64,000 nt of DNA. It comes from an uncultured Gemmatimonadales bacterium. GTDB taxonomy: Bacteria > Gemmatimonadota > Gemmatimonadetes > Gemmatimonadales > GWC2-71-9. The notes beneath the pieces are model-generated. The model saw nothing but the letters and a program-made list of their open reading frames with translations, was not told where the DNA came from and searched no databases. A program made the translations under genes and the position numbers. Shown in pieces: positions 48,210 through 59,147 of this stretch. The stretch lies in the NCBI GenBank assembly GCA_963828735.1, contig CAWHFW010000005.1, forward strand, positions 1,920,001 to 1,984,000, in the 5' to 3' direction. How positions within the stretch are numbered: position 1 is the first letter of the stretch; every line of letters starts with the position of its first letter.

Positions 48210-49462
48210 GCTTGCTCACCCGGGCCGCCCTCGCCGTCGATCTCGAAGCCCACGCGTTCGGCGCGCCGGTGAGCGCGTCGCTCACGCCGCGCCGCGTCGG
48301 CGCCGAGACGGAGTTCATCCCGGTCGAGACCTCGACGGGGTGGCGATGCCCCATCGACGTGGACGGGGTGCTGTCGACCCTGCCGTTCCTGCGGCGCTTC
48401 GGGGCCCGACAGGGCTGGAGCGAGACCCTGACGGCCAAGGGCACCCCGTGCTTCACGCTGTCCGTGGGCGGGACGCTTACGTTCGAGCCGGGCGGCCAGC
48501 TGGAATACAGCTCCCCGCCGTGCCGCAGTCCGAGCGCGCTGCTCGCTGTGCTGCGATCGGTGGTGCTCCCGCTCCGGGCGGCCGCTGCCGCGGAGGGGAT
48601 CACGCTGCTCGACGTCGGCATCGATCCGCTCAACCCGATCGACGGCGCGCCGCTGCTGCTCCGGACGAAGCGCTACCAGCGAATGGCCGACTACCTCGCG
48701 CGGTTGAGCCCGGCCGGCGCTCGCATGATGCGCCAGACGGCCGCATTCCAGGTGGCGCTCGACCTGGACGACGAGCCGTGGCTGCGCTGGCGCGTGCTCA
48801 ACGCGGCGACTCCGTACGTGGTGGCGATCTTCGCCAACTCGTCGGTGTACGCGGGAGAGGAGACGGGCTGCGCGAGCGCGCGGGCGCACGTCTGGCGGTC
48901 GCTCGATCCGGCGCGTACCGGCCTTCCGTGGAGCGACCCGCAGCCGGTCGAGGCGTATCTCGACTTCGCGCTGGATGCGCCAGCGATCCTGCTTCCCACC
49001 GTCGACGGCGAGTACCTGCGGTTCGGCGAGTGGCTCAGTCGGGCCCACGTCACGATGGAGGAGTGGCACGACCACCTGACGACCCTGTTTCCCGAGGTGC
49101 GTCCCCGCGGGCACTTCGAGCTCAGGTCGGCGGACGCGGTGGCGCCCCAGTGGTACGCGGCGCCGCTCGCGCTCGCGGTCGGGATGACCTACGAGTCGCG
49201 TGCGCTGCGCGCGGCGGCCGAGCTGCTCGAGGCCCCGGATCTCGCCCTGCTCGAGCGCGCGGGACGACTTGGTCTCCGGGATCCCGGCATCGCCTCGACG
49301 GCCGCGGATCTGGCGCAGATCGCGCTCGAGGGCTGCGAAGGCCTCGGTCCGGCCTACTTCAATCCGGCCGACTTGGAGCAGGCGAGGGCCTTCTTCGATC
49401 GCTACACCCGCCGAGGCCGCGCGCCCGCGGACGACGTCGCTTCGGCGGAGGTCGCCGCGTAG
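48206..49462 (+). CDS. egtA: Glutamate-cysteine ligase (GCS2 family)
   Basis: VGAETE, TFEPGGQLEYS, MMRQTAAFQV, HLTTLFPEVRPRGHFELRSAD; coupled to egtD. Confidence 0.85.
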   Translation: MSLLTRAALAVDLEAHAFGAPVSASLTPRRVGAETEFIPVETSTGWRCPIDVDGVLSTLPFLRRFGARQGWSETLTAKGTPCFTLSVGGTLTFEPGGQLEYSSPPCRSPSALLAVLRSVVLPLRAAAAAEGITLLDVGIDPLNPIDGAPLLLRTKRYQRMADYLARLSPAGARMMRQTAAFQVALDLDDEPWLRWRVLNAATPYVVAIFANSSVYAGEETGCASARAHVWRSLDPARTGLPWSDPQPVEAYLDFALDAPAILLPTVDGEYLRFGEWLSRAHVTMEEWHDHLTTLFPEVRPRGHFELRSADAVAPQWYAAPLALAVGMTYESRALRAAAELLEAPDLALLERAGRLGLRDPGIASTAADLAQIALEGCEGLGPAYFNPADLEQARAFFDRYTRRGRAPADDVASAEVAA

Positions 49463-49489
49463 GCGAGCGCGAGTCGTCCCGGAAAGAAC

Positions 49490-49530
49490 GAGGACACGGA
49501 GCCATGCGCTCTCCGTGTCCTCTGTTTTTT
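49490..49530 (+). terminator. Intrinsic terminator after egtA
   Basis: GAGGACACGGAG-N9-CTCCGTGTCCTC-TGTTTTTT. Confidence 0.85.
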
Positions 49531-49558
49531 GCCTCGTGTTTCTGCTCCAGCGCCGGAC

Positions 49559-50401
49559 TCAGCCCGCCGGTACGAAGGTCCGCGTCGGGTCCACCCCGCA
49601 CGCCGTCCACACCGTCCGGATGTAGCTGCCGTCCCCCAGCGTGGCGTGCGTCTCGCCCGAGGCGATCTTCCGGTCCGTCGTGCAGGAGGCGTCCCACACG
49701 AGCGGCGCCACCGTCGTCACGGTGAACGTCCGGCTCACCGAGCGCCGCGTCCACGTGAACGTCCCGGTCCGCGTGAACGTCCCGTTCGGCAGCGGCTCGC
49801 CGAACGCGAGCGTCTGGCCGGCGTCGGGTGTGAAGCTCAGCAGCAGGTTGTGGATGACGGAGGCGTCCGCGCGGTTCGGCCGGCTCCTCACCACGGTAAC
49901 CTGGTTACTCAGCGAGGCGCCCTGGGCGTTTCCGGTAAGCGTGCGGGTGCCGTTCCGGACGGCGGTGTAGCTGCGGTTCTGGTCGGGATAGGTGAACCGG
50001 AAAGTGAAGTCGGTGAGGGTCGCGACGACCGCGAGGTCGGCCGCATCCGGCGTCGGATCGCTCAGCGTAATCGTGCCGGTGACCTCGAGGCTCCCACCGC
50101 GAAAGCCGGTGAAGCTGCAGGCCGGCAGGGCGAACGTGAAGGTCGCCGCGTCGGGGGCGAAGTCCCCGTCGGTATCGGTCTGGTCATCCACGGTGGCGCA
50201 GGTGCGCGGCGCGGTCGGCGCCACGACCCCGACCTCGGCCGGCGTCGTGAGGGCGCCTACTGCCTGTTCGACCTCGTCCGCTTCCGCGGTTCCGATGTCG
50301 CTCACGTCCGCGGCGGGGAGAGCGTCCCCTGACGGGGGCGTCGTCGTGTCGCTGCAGGCGGTCAGGGCCAGCGCGAGGGCGGCCCAGAGGCTACGGCGCA
50401 T
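49559..50401 (-). CDS. Thr-rich beta-sheet lipoprotein, hypothetical
   Basis: LTAC lipobox, AAGGAG SD, paired Cys. Confidence 0.75.
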   Translation of the reverse strand: MRRSLWAALALALTACSDTTTPPSGDALPAADVSDIGTAEADEVEQAVGALTTPAEVGVVAPTAPRTCATVDDQTDTDGDFAPDAATFTFALPACSFTGFRGGSLEVTGTITLSDPTPDAADLAVVATLTDFTFRFTYPDQNRSYTAVRNGTRTLTGNAQGASLSNQVTVVRSRPNRADASVIHNLLLSFTPDAGQTLAFGEPLPNGTFTRTGTFTWTRRSVSRTFTVTTVAPLVWDASCTTDRKIASGETHATLGDGSYIRTVWTACGVDPTRTFVPAG

Positions 50402-50627
50402 GGTCGAAGCTCCTTCTCACTCGGGTGACAAGCTGGTCCTGCCGGCACAACGGGGACGGCGGAATGGACGCCGGCGGTCACGGTTCGTTAAGCCGCTCGG
50501 CTCATGCCAGCCTTTGCAGGCGGGACAGGGTGACTGTGAGGACGCTCACCCATGCGCCGTCCGCCAAGCCCTACCTTGGCCCGCGGTTCTCGCTCGACGA
50601 TTCACACGCGATATGTTGAGGTAGGCC

Positions 50628-51410
50628 ATGACACATCAAGACAGACACGACGTGACAGCGGACCAGGATACCACGGGACGCACGGTCGTGGGACTGTTCG
50701 CCCGGCGGCAGGACGCGGAGGCCGCCATCCGCGACCTCAAGGCCGCCGGATTTCGCGACAATCAGGTCGGGGTGGCGCTTCAGAACCGGGACGAGCAGCC
50801 CGACCTGCTCGAGTCCACCGGCAGCCGGGAGGCCGATGGCGCGGCCGCCGGTGCGGTGAGCGGTGGAGTGGTCGGTGGCCTGATCGGCCTGCTCGGCTCC
50901 CTGCTGATTCCAGGCGTGGGCCCCATCATGGTGGGCGGCGTGCTCGCGTCCGCGCTTACGGGCGCCGGTATCGGCGCAGCGACCGGCGGCGTCATCGGTG
51001 CCCTGATGGGAATCGGCGTGCCGGAAATGGACGCGCGGCACTTCGACGAAGGGCTTCGGCTCGGCAGCACCCTCGTGACGGTCGATGCCGGCCCGCGGAC
51101 CAACGAGGCCCTGGTCATCCTCGATCGGCACGGGATGGACTTCGGGCCGTCCGGCACCGATCGGTTCGAGCGGTTGGGCTTCGCCGCGGGCGCGGCGTTC
51201 GACCCTGGCCCGGGGGTCGTCGGCGATCCCACCCTGACCGGTCTCGACATCGGCCTGGGCGGCATCGGCCCGGACGACGTGGCTTCCGGCTCGAGCACCG
51301 CTGCCCGCGGGCTCGAATCCTCCCGCGTGCGCTACGGTGGTCGAGAGCGGCGGGCACGCCAGGATCCCGCCTATGGCGGGCCCGAGCGGCGGCTGGCGGG
51401 CGTTCGCTAG
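50628..51410 (+). CDS. General stress protein (YflT-like with glycine zipper)
   Basis: TVVGLF...[13 protein letters not shown]; Gly-rich [11 protein letters not shown] segment. Confidence 0.8.
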   Translation: MTHQDRHDVTADQDTTGRTVVGLFARRQDAEAAIRDLKAAGFRDNQVGVALQNRDEQPDLLESTGSREADGAAAGAVSGGVVGGLIGLLGSLLIPGVGPIMVGGVLASALTGAGIGAATGGVIGALMGIGVPEMDARHFDEGLRLGSTLVTVDAGPRTNEALVILDRHGMDFGPSGTDRFERLGFAAGAAFDPGPGVVGDPTLTGLDIGLGGIGPDDVASGSSTAARGLESSRVRYGGRERRARQDPAYGGPERRLAGVR

Positions 51411-51511
51411 GCCAGGTCCTCGGCATCGAATCGGTCCGACCGCACTCCGGGGGAGGGCGCATGGCGCTCTCCCCCGTTGCGCTGCCAGATTTCCGCCATC
51501 CGAGGGAGTCC

Positions 51512-52480
51512 ATGAAAGCGATCCGCATTCACGAGATCGGCGATGCCGGCGTCCTCCGCGTCGAGGACGTCGATGATCCCGTTCCGGGGGCCGGCCAGGC
51601 GCTCCTCCGGATCGAGGCGATCGGCGTCAACTTCACCGACATCTACCAGCGCAGGGGCTGGTACAAGGGTCAGCTGCCGACCACGCTCGGCGCGGAGGCG
51701 GCCGGAACCATCGACGCCGTCGGTCCCGGAGTTACGAGCGTGCGGCCGGGCGACCGCGTGGCCTCGATCAACGTCATCGGCGCGTACGCCGAGCATGCAC
51801 TGGTGCAGGCGGATCGCCTGGTCCCGCTTCCCGACGGCGTGAGCGCGCGCCAGGCCGCCGCGGTCATGCTCCAGGGGATGACGGCGCAATACCTCACCAC
51901 CTCCACCTTTCCGCTCGCGCGAGGACACACCTGCCTGGTGCACGCGGCTGCGGGCGGCGTAGGACTTCTGCTCTGTCAGATGGCCAAGCGTCGCGGCGCT
52001 CGGGTGATCGGCACCGTCTCCACCGAGGAGAAGGCGGCGCTCGCACGGGAGGCCGGCGCCGACGAGGTGATCCTCTACACCCGGGACGATTTCGAGACCG
52101 AGGTGAAGCGCCTCACCGACGGCGTCGGCGTCCAGGTGAACTACGACTCGGTGGGACGCACCACGTTTGCGAAGGGGCTCAGTTGTCTCGCGCGGCGCGG
52201 CATGATGGTGCTCTTCGGCCAGAGCAGCGGGCCGGTCGAGGCGTTCGACCCGCAGATCCTCAACCAGAAGGGCTCCCTGTTCCTGACCCGCCCGACGCTG
52301 GGGCATTACACGACGAGCCGCACCGAACTGCTCGAGCGGGCGGGCGACGTCCTGGGTTGGGTGGCCGACGGCTCGCTCGCCGTGCGGATCGGGCACGAGT
52401 TCCCGCTCGGCAGCGCCGCGGACGCCCACCGGGAGCTCGAGAGCCGGCGGACGACGGGCAAGGTCCTGCTCATTCCGTGA
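51512..52480 (+). CDS. qor: NADPH:quinone oxidoreductase (zeta-crystallin type)
   Basis: [44 protein letters not shown]. Confidence 0.92.
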   Translation: MKAIRIHEIGDAGVLRVEDVDDPVPGAGQALLRIEAIGVNFTDIYQRRGWYKGQLPTTLGAEAAGTIDAVGPGVTSVRPGDRVASINVIGAYAEHALVQADRLVPLPDGVSARQAAAVMLQGMTAQYLTTSTFPLARGHTCLVHAAAGGVGLLLCQMAKRRGARVIGTVSTEEKAALAREAGADEVILYTRDDFETEVKRLTDGVGVQVNYDSVGRTTFAKGLSCLARRGMMVLFGQSSGPVEAFDPQILNQKGSLFLTRPTLGHYTTSRTELLERAGDVLGWVADGSLAVRIGHEFPLGSAADAHRELESRRTTGKVLLIP

Positions 52481-53328
52481 CGCTCCCCGCGCTGGTGTCG
52501 ACCGTGTGGCTCGCCGAGCGCCTCGGCCGGACCGGCCTGCGGATCCTCGACGCGTCGTGGTACCTGCCCACGCTCGGCCGCGACGCGCGCGCCGAGTACG
52601 CCGCGGGCCACATCCCGGGTGCGTTGTTCTTCGACCTCGACGCCGTCAGCGACCACGGCACCACGCTTCCGCACATGCTGCCCGAGGCGGGCGCATTCGC
52701 CCGCGCGATGAGCCGGCTCGGCCTGCGCGACGAGGATGACCTCGTCGTCTACGATGGCACGGGCGCGAACCTGAGCGCGGCACGCGCGTGGTGGATGTTC
52801 AGGGTGTTCGGTCACCCGGCTGTCGCCGTGCTCGACGGCGGCCTCGGCAAGTGGCGGCGCGAGGGCCGCGCGCTCGAGCAGGGCGCGGGCGCACTTACGG
52901 CCGGACGCTTCACGGCGCGCCTGGATCGCTCCGCGGTCCGTGACCTCGCCGAGATTCGCGGCAACCTCGAGACTGGACGCGAGCAGGTCGTGGACATGCG
53001 GCCCGAAGGCCGGTTCGCCGGGCGCGATCCAGAGCCGCGCGCCGGGCTGCGCGGCGGCCACATCCCGGGCAGCCGGAGCGTGCCCTACGTGGACCTCGTC
53101 GCAGCCGATGGCACGCTGCTCCTGCCTGACGCGCTCCGGGAGCGACTCGCCGCGGCCGGCGTGGACCCCGCTCGCCCGGTCGTGGCCACCTGCGGCTCGG
53201 GCACGAGTGCCTGCACCCTGATCCACGCGCTTCACCTGCTGGGTCACGACCAGGTGGCACTGTACGACGGTTCCTGGACCGAATGGGGCGGACGCACGGA
53301 CACCCCGGTCGCCACGGGCCAGGCATGA
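52477..53328 (+). CDS. sseA: 3-mercaptopyruvate sulfurtransferase / rhodanese
   Basis: [38 protein letters not shown]. Confidence 0.9.
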   Translation: MTLPALVSTVWLAERLGRTGLRILDASWYLPTLGRDARAEYAAGHIPGALFFDLDAVSDHGTTLPHMLPEAGAFARAMSRLGLRDEDDLVVYDGTGANLSAARAWWMFRVFGHPAVAVLDGGLGKWRREGRALEQGAGALTAGRFTARLDRSAVRDLAEIRGNLETGREQVVDMRPEGRFAGRDPEPRAGLRGGHIPGSRSVPYVDLVAADGTLLLPDALRERLAAAGVDPARPVVATCGSGTSACTLIHALHLLGHDQVALYDGSWTEWGGRTDTPVATGQA

Positions 53329-54770
53329 CCGCGCCAACCATCCGAACCAACATCTCGCTGGGCGATAGCACCGCGTTCGGCTGCGTGGTGGCCTTCCTCC
53401 TGCCGTTCGCCGCCGTCGGCGCATTCGCGACGGTGCAGATGCTCCGCGCCGTCCACTCCGCCAACTGGGGGCAGGCCGGTTTCCTCGCCATCTTCGCGAT
53501 GGTCTTCGGCGGTGTGGGATTCGGAGGGCTCGTGGCGGTCATGTTCGGTCGTCGGCGGCTGGCCGAGGCCCAGGCGCGCGAAGCGCGCCACCCCCAGGAG
53601 CCGTGGCTCTGGCGGGAGGACTGGGCCTCGCGTCGACTCACCGATTCGACGCGCACGGATTTGTGGACGGCATGGGGGTTTTCCTCGTTCTGGAATCTGG
53701 TGAGCCTGCCCGCCGCCGTCGTCGCCACGCGTGAGGGCCTGAAGGAAGGTCATCACCTCGCGCTGCTGGTGCTGCTGTTCCCGGCGGTCGGTATCGGGCT
53801 CCTGGGCTGGGCCCTGCGCGCCACGCTGCGCTACCGCCGATACGGCACCTCACTGCTCGAGCTCAGGACGCTGCCGGCGCCGGTGGGTCACGCGCTCGAT
53901 GGCACGGTGCGGACGCCGCCGGACCTGCGACCTGCCGAGGGCTTTCGAGTGGCGTTGAGCTGCATCCGGCGGGAGACGAGCGGAACCGGCGATGACCGGA
54001 CCACGACGGAGCACGTGCTCTGGCAGGAGGAGCGCCGGACGATGGGCGGGGCAGCGGGGATTCCCGTGGCGTTCGCCATTCCCCGCGACGCCACGCCGAG
54101 CGACCCGGGCAACGCGAACGACCGTGTGCTCTGGCGTCTCCAGGTCATCGGCGAGGTGCCCGGCGTGGACTACTCGGCCGCGTTCGAGGTGCCGGTCTTC
54201 CGGACATCGGCGAGCGATGCGCCCGCCACCGACGCCGATCGGGCCGCGGCGGCCGCGGCCCTCGTGCCCACGGACTACCGCCAGCCGGCCGGCTCCCGGA
54301 TTCAGGTGAGGACGAGCCGGCGCGGCACCGAGATCTACTTCCCTCCCGCGCGGAATGTCGGCTTCGCCGGGGGGCTCACCGCCTTCGTCGGCATCTGGGT
54401 CGGAGCGATCGTCTTCATGGTCACCGTGCATGCGCCGATCTTCTTCCCGATCGTGTTCGGCGCGTTCGGCCTGCTGCTGGGGGTGGCCGCGCTCGACGCC
54501 TGGCTCGGCGTCTCACGGGTCACCGCGGGCGACGGCAGCCTCACCGTCGCGAGCGGGTGGCTCGTGCCGCGGCGGGAGCGCACGCTGCGCTCGGCGGAGA
54601 TCGCCGACGTCACGACGCGCATTGCCTCGCAGGCGGGCACGACGCCGTACTACGACGTGACCATCATGACGACGGCCGGCAAGCGGATCGCTGCCGGCCG
54701 AGGGGTGCGCGACAAACGCGAGGCCGAGTGGCTGGCGGGGATGATCCTGGCCGCCATCCGCCCGCGCTGA
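53325..54770 (+). CDS. Multi-pass membrane hypothetical protein
   Basis: Three TM hairpins separated by soluble domains (PQEPWLWREDW, DYSAAFEVPVF); ATGA overlap with sseA. Confidence 0.7.
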   Translation: MTAPTIRTNISLGDSTAFGCVVAFLLPFAAVGAFATVQMLRAVHSANWGQAGFLAIFAMVFGGVGFGGLVAVMFGRRRLAEAQAREARHPQEPWLWREDWASRRLTDSTRTDLWTAWGFSSFWNLVSLPAAVVATREGLKEGHHLALLVLLFPAVGIGLLGWALRATLRYRRYGTSLLELRTLPAPVGHALDGTVRTPPDLRPAEGFRVALSCIRRETSGTGDDRTTTEHVLWQEERRTMGGAAGIPVAFAIPRDATPSDPGNANDRVLWRLQVIGEVPGVDYSAAFEVPVFRTSASDAPATDADRAAAAAALVPTDYRQPAGSRIQVRTSRRGTEIYFPPARNVGFAGGLTAFVGIWVGAIVFMVTVHAPIFFPIVFGAFGLLLGVAALDAWLGVSRVTAGDGSLTVASGWLVPRRERTLRSAEIADVTTRIASQAGTTPYYDVTIMTTAGKRIAAGRGVRDKREAEWLAGMILAAIRPR

Positions 54771-54779
54771 AGCCCTACC

Positions 54780-55256
54780 TCAGGGAGCGGGCGGCGCGAG
54801 GTTCCCGCACGCCACGATCGTCGACATGTTCTGCGCCGATGCGTGGACGTTGACGAAATACTGGCCAGCCGGCGGCATCGGGATGGGAAGGTCGGCCTCC
54901 GCGTGGGCCTTGCCGTCATCGCCCACCTTCAGCAACGGATACGCGTCCGCGGGTCCGAGCACGCCCATGTCGTTCCCGCACTGGCCCCGATGCACGTGCC
55001 AGGGATGCGCGCCGCCCGGCGCGGCATTGGTGATCTCCGCGTGCGCCTTCGTCTGGCTCGAGTCCTTCGGATTGTGCTCCATCCAGCCGGACCCCTGCAC
55101 CTGGATCGCACCGGCGAGCCCCGCGGGCGTGGCGAGCACGGCGTTCCACCGGCCCGCAACGGGCTCGGCTTTGGGATCGATCTTGACGGCGCGGCCCCCG
55201 CACCCGGCCAGCGCGACGACGGTGGCGATCAGTCCTGCGGAAACAGCTGGACGCAT
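54780..55256 (-). CDS. Cu/Zn-SOD-fold (or CHRD-like) lipoprotein
   Basis: LAGC lipobox; HPWHVHRGQC, VNVH, IVACG. Confidence 0.7.
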   Translation of the reverse strand: MRPAVSAGLIATVVALAGCGGRAVKIDPKAEPVAGRWNAVLATPAGLAGAIQVQGSGWMEHNPKDSSQTKAHAEITNAAPGGAHPWHVHRGQCGNDMGVLGPADAYPLLKVGDDGKAHAEADLPIPMPPAGQYFVNVHASAQNMSTIVACGNLAPPAP

Positions 55257-55350
55257 GCAATCCTCCACGAAGAGACGACACTCGGAACACCGTCGCCTAT
55301 ATGGAGGTTGCGCACTCGGCTTGCCGTGATGAGCGACACCGCCGGTGCGG

Positions 55351-56988
55351 TCAGCGCCGGGCGCGAACGCCGCACGCGCGGAGCAGTTGCACCGGGGCGG
55401 GATGGTGGGGAAACAGCTCGCGCGCCACGGTGGCGTGCGGGATGGCGCGGTCACAGCGTCCGGCGCGCGCCCAGGCCCGGCCGAGCAGCATGCGGATCCG
55501 GTAGCTGCCGGGATCGATCGAGGCGGCCGACTCCATCGCCTTCCGGCTTCCGCCATCGAATACCGCCATGGCGATCGTCTGGGTCGTGCCGCGCACGACG
55601 AACAGCACCCCGACGACGGCCACCGCGATCAGGAGACCGCGCCTGGAGCTGGAGGTCAGCGGGATCTCGCGAATCGGGCGCGCAGAGGACGCCAGGGTGC
55701 CGACGATGGTCCACGCGAATAGCGTCGGGATGGGCAGCAGCAGCACGGCGTCGAACGCGCCGACCACGGCGATGGCCATGACCGTCGCCACGATCGCGAG
55801 ATCCGTCAGCGCAGGCGTGTGGCGCGATTCGCGACGGACGCGCGCCCAGGCGCCCAGGGCGATCGTGCAGCCGATGAGCGTGAGCAGCCCGAGCGCGACG
55901 AATCCGCGCTCCGAGGCCATCGCCACCCAATCGCTGCTCGGCCAGGGATTCGTCGGGATGATGTCGTCGGCGTCGAACGACGGATCGCCCGGCGACATGT
56001 ACTCGGGATAGTGGACCGGCCAGTTCCCCGGACCGACGCCGAGCACCGGGTGATGCGCGGCCATCGTGAGCGTGTTCCCGTACTGGATGACCCGTCCCAG
56101 CCCGCTCCCCTCCTTGTAGTTCGCCACGCCGGCGAGCGACTCGAGATAGGGCGAGTCGGACCGCCAGTTGAGCCGGTTCGGCAGGGCGAGGGCCAGTGCC
56201 ACCCCGGCGACCGCGACCGTGGCGAGCTGCAGCACACGGCGACGAAGACGGTCGTCGCCCCACAGACGGCCGAGCCAGAGTCCCTCCACGACGAGGAACG
56301 CGCTCGACGCGACGGCGGCCAGCCAGCCCGCACGGGAACGCGACAACATCAGGGCGGCAGTCGCGAGGGCGACGCCGGCGCCCCCGAAAAAGAACCGGAG
56401 CTGCGACCGGGCCTCGACGGCGAGGTAGAGCATGACCGGCAGGCCGATCGCCACCAGGTGGGCCATGAAGTTCCGGTTGCCGAACGTGCCGCCGGGCGCC
56501 CGGCTCAGGCTCGCGAGGTTCGTCGTCACGAACCCGTATGCCTGGGCGAGGCCCGTCAGCGCCCCCATGACCACGGCCGCCGCCAGTCCCACGAGGAGCG
56601 CATCGCCCTTGCCCGCGCGCGCCACCATGCGGCCACACCAGAACAGCGCCGCGCCGGCGAGGCTCACGCCGACGGCGCGGAACGCGAGCCAGCCGTTGGT
56701 GGCGACCACCGCCGACAGCATGGAGATCGCGAGGAAGCCCGCGAGGAGGGCATCGACCATGAACACCGTGAGCCGCCGCGCGGAGGCCAGGCAGACGAGC
56801 GAGGCGATCAGGGCGGCGCAGGTGAGCACCAGCTCCTTGGGCAGGGTGTAGCGGTCGAGCTCGAAGATCGGGTAGGGAACCGCCGCGAGCACCACGGCGA
56901 ACGCCGCCACCTGGATGACCAGCGTGGCGATGCGGCTCGTGGCCTCGGCATCGGCAGCAGGCGTGACGGTGAGACGCGCCTCTGGCAT
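55351..56988 (-). CDS. O-antigen ligase (Wzy_C) family membrane protein with a TPR-like tail
   Basis: GTFGNRNFMA, LSRSRAGWLA, PVLGVGPGNW; many TM segments. Confidence 0.8.
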   Translation of the reverse strand: MPEARLTVTPAADAEATSRIATLVIQVAAFAVVLAAVPYPIFELDRYTLPKELVLTCAALIASLVCLASARRLTVFMVDALLAGFLAISMLSAVVATNGWLAFRAVGVSLAGAALFWCGRMVARAGKGDALLVGLAAAVVMGALTGLAQAYGFVTTNLASLSRAPGGTFGNRNFMAHLVAIGLPVMLYLAVEARSQLRFFFGGAGVALATAALMLSRSRAGWLAAVASSAFLVVEGLWLGRLWGDDRLRRRVLQLATVAVAGVALALALPNRLNWRSDSPYLESLAGVANYKEGSGLGRVIQYGNTLTMAAHHPVLGVGPGNWPVHYPEYMSPGDPSFDADDIIPTNPWPSSDWVAMASERGFVALGLLTLIGCTIALGAWARVRRESRHTPALTDLAIVATVMAIAVVGAFDAVLLLPIPTLFAWTIVGTLASSARPIREIPLTSSSRRGLLIAVAVVGVLFVVRGTTQTIAMAVFDGGSRKAMESAASIDPGSYRIRMLLGRAWARAGRCDRAIPHATVARELFPHHPAPVQLLRACGVRARR

Positions 56989-57351
56989 GGTGACACGCCG
57001 CGGGTGGTGCTCGATCGGCAAGGCACTCTCCTGGGGACCGAACGGGTTGGCGGCACAAGTATAACACGGGTGTCGGATCGCTGGGCCGGGTCACGGGACG
57101 ATCGGGTGATCGGGTGGTTCGACCGCGATGCCGGCGGGCGCGGCTGCCGGGTCCGTGACCTTCGTGGAGGCGACTACTCGCTACGAGCCTCCGGCCCCCA
57201 CGCTCATGCTCTTGGGACCCGATGGCCGTCGCGAACGCGTGACTTGGCGCACGGCCGTTCAACGTCGGAAAACCCATCCTAGCCCGATGTCGACCGCCTC
57301 GACCCCTCCGGTGCGGGCGGCGGGAATCGAACCACGAGCTCGGGAGGCATC

Positions 57352-57762
57352 ATGGGGGAGGTTACGCGGCGCTTCGGGGATGAGCGCTCGATCGGCGAGA
57401 TGTTGGGGGAGCTGTCGCAGGACATGGCGCTGCTGCTTCGGCAGGAGGCCCGGCTCGCCAAGACGGAAATGCAGGACAAGGTGGCCCGGGTCGCGGCCGA
57501 CGTCGCCTCCCTCGCGACCGGTGGCGCGATCGCGCTCGTGGGCGGACTGGCCCTGACCGCCGCCCTGATCCTCGTGCTCATCGATCGAGCCGGCCTCAAG
57601 CCGTGGGTGGCCGCTCTGGCGGTCGGTGCCGTCATGGGCCTGCTCGGCTGCGGCCTGCTCTGGCGCGGGGTGCACGGGCTCAAGCACACCGATCCCACGC
57701 CCAGGCGGACGGTGGAGACGATCAAGGAGGACATCCGGCGGGTGAAGGAGATCCGGCCATGA
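57352..57762 (+). CDS. Phage-holin-like (Phage_holin_3_6 type) membrane protein
   Basis: RSIGEMLGEL...LLRQEARLAKTE, 2 TM, PRRTVETIKED. Confidence 0.8.
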   Translation: MGEVTRRFGDERSIGEMLGELSQDMALLLRQEARLAKTEMQDKVARVAADVASLATGGAIALVGGLALTAALILVLIDRAGLKPWVAALAVGAVMGLLGCGLLWRGVHGLKHTDPTPRRTVETIKEDIRRVKEIRP

Positions 57763-58103
57763 CGATCTCGCGAGAAGGACGGGATCCCGCGCCGGGGGAG
57801 CTCGAGCAGGAGATCGAGCGCACGCGAGAGCGCATGACCGACAACATCAGCGCGATCGAGCGGAGACTCAGTCCGGGGCAGCTCAAGCGGCAAGCCAAGG
57901 CGGCGGTGGCGGAGAAGGCGCAGGACGTGGTCGCGAGCCTCCAGGACCGGGCTCGGCAAGCCGGGACCCGCGTCGCCGAGGTGGTGCGCCGGTATCCCAG
58001 GCACGTGGCCGTGGCGGCCGGGGCGATCGTCCTACTGTGGTTGGCCCGCGGACGCCGTCGGCGGCCGGCCGTGCGCCTGCGGAAAGCGACTCGCCGCGCG
58101 TGA
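57759..58103 (+). CDS. DUF3618-domain protein
   Basis: ELEQEIERTRERMTDNISAIERRLSP and a C-terminal TM. Confidence 0.8.
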   Translation: MTISREGRDPAPGELEQEIERTRERMTDNISAIERRLSPGQLKRQAKAAVAEKAQDVVASLQDRARQAGTRVAEVVRRYPRHVAVAAGAIVLLWLARGRRRRPAVRLRKATRRA

Positions 58104-59017
58104 AGCAGTCTTTCTCTCTGATCAAGGAGAGCGCGGACAATTTCCTCGCGGACGACTGTCCCACGCAGGCCGCCGCGCTCTCCTACTACACCATCTTCTC
58201 TCTCCCGCCCCTGCTGCTGGTGCTGCTCCTGATCGTGGGCTCGGTCATGGATCCCCAGGACATTCAGGGGCACCTGGAGCAGCAGCTCACGGCGTTGATG
58301 GGAACGTCGGCGACGGAGCAGATCCGCGAGATTCTCGAGCAGCTCCACCAGCCGGGCGCACGCGGGCTCCTGCCCACGCTGCTGAGCATCGGCGCGCTCG
58401 TGTTCGGCGCGACCGGGGCCTTCGGCCAGCTGCAGGCTTCGCTCAACCGTCTCTGGAAGGTGACGCCGGATCCGCGGCAAGGCGGGATCCGGGCGTTCCT
58501 GGTGAAGAGGGTCTTCACCTTCGGCATGATCCTGAGCGTGGCCTTCCTGCTGCTCGTCTCGCTGGTCCTGAGCGCGGTGCTCAGCGCGTTTGGCGGGACG
58601 TTGGCGGCCTTCCTGCCCGCGGGGATCTCCACGGCGCTGCTCCAGGGCGTGAATCAGCTGCTCTCGCTGGTGGTGATCACGGCGCTGTTCGCGGCGATCT
58701 TCAAGGTACTGCCGGACGTGCAGATCAGGTGGGGTGATGTCTGGGTGGGCGCGTGCGCCACCGCGCTGCTCTTCGTGGCGGGCAAGTTCCTCATCGGCTT
58801 CTATCTCGGCGAGAGCAATCCGGGGCAGGCGTTCGGTGCGGCGGGGTCCCTGGCGGTTTTGCTGGTGTGGATCTACTACTCGTCGATGATCGTGCTCTTC
58901 GGCGCCGAGTTCACGCAGGCGTGGATCAAACGGGCGCGTGGGAGAGTCGTGCCCGAGCCGGGGGCGGTGAGGGTCGTCGAGGAAACGAGGCCGCTCCAGA
59001 TCGCGCGCGGAGGGTAG
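58100..59017 (+). CDS. YihY/BrkB-family membrane protein
   Basis: AAALSYYTIFSLPP, FKVLPD, FGAAGSL...WIYYSSMIVLFGAEF. Confidence 0.9.
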   Translation: MKQSFSLIKESADNFLADDCPTQAAALSYYTIFSLPPLLLVLLLIVGSVMDPQDIQGHLEQQLTALMGTSATEQIREILEQLHQPGARGLLPTLLSIGALVFGATGAFGQLQASLNRLWKVTPDPRQGGIRAFLVKRVFTFGMILSVAFLLLVSLVLSAVLSAFGGTLAAFLPAGISTALLQGVNQLLSLVVITALFAAIFKVLPDVQIRWGDVWVGACATALLFVAGKFLIGFYLGESNPGQAFGAAGSLAVLLVWIYYSSMIVLFGAEFTQAWIKRARGRVVPEPGAVRVVEETRPLQIARGG

Positions 59018-59147
59018 TAGCCCTTCCGCCTTCGGCGCGTAAGTTTCCCTCCATCATGCTGCGATTGAGTACGTTCGGCGGTGACGACGTGTTCCACGGC
59101 TCGTCGACCCTCCAGCTCAACCCCGAGCGCATCACCCGCGAGCGGTC

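Noticed and set aside
50495..50509. Minus-strand TGGCATGAGCCGAGC as a sigma54 promoter
   Set aside because: GG-N10-GC spacing fits but the -12 element is poor, and such matches are frequent at this GC content
57352..59017. Prophage suggested by the holin-like gene
   Set aside because: Holin-like, DUF3618 and YihY form a common chromosomal stress cluster; no endolysin, integrase or structural genes are present
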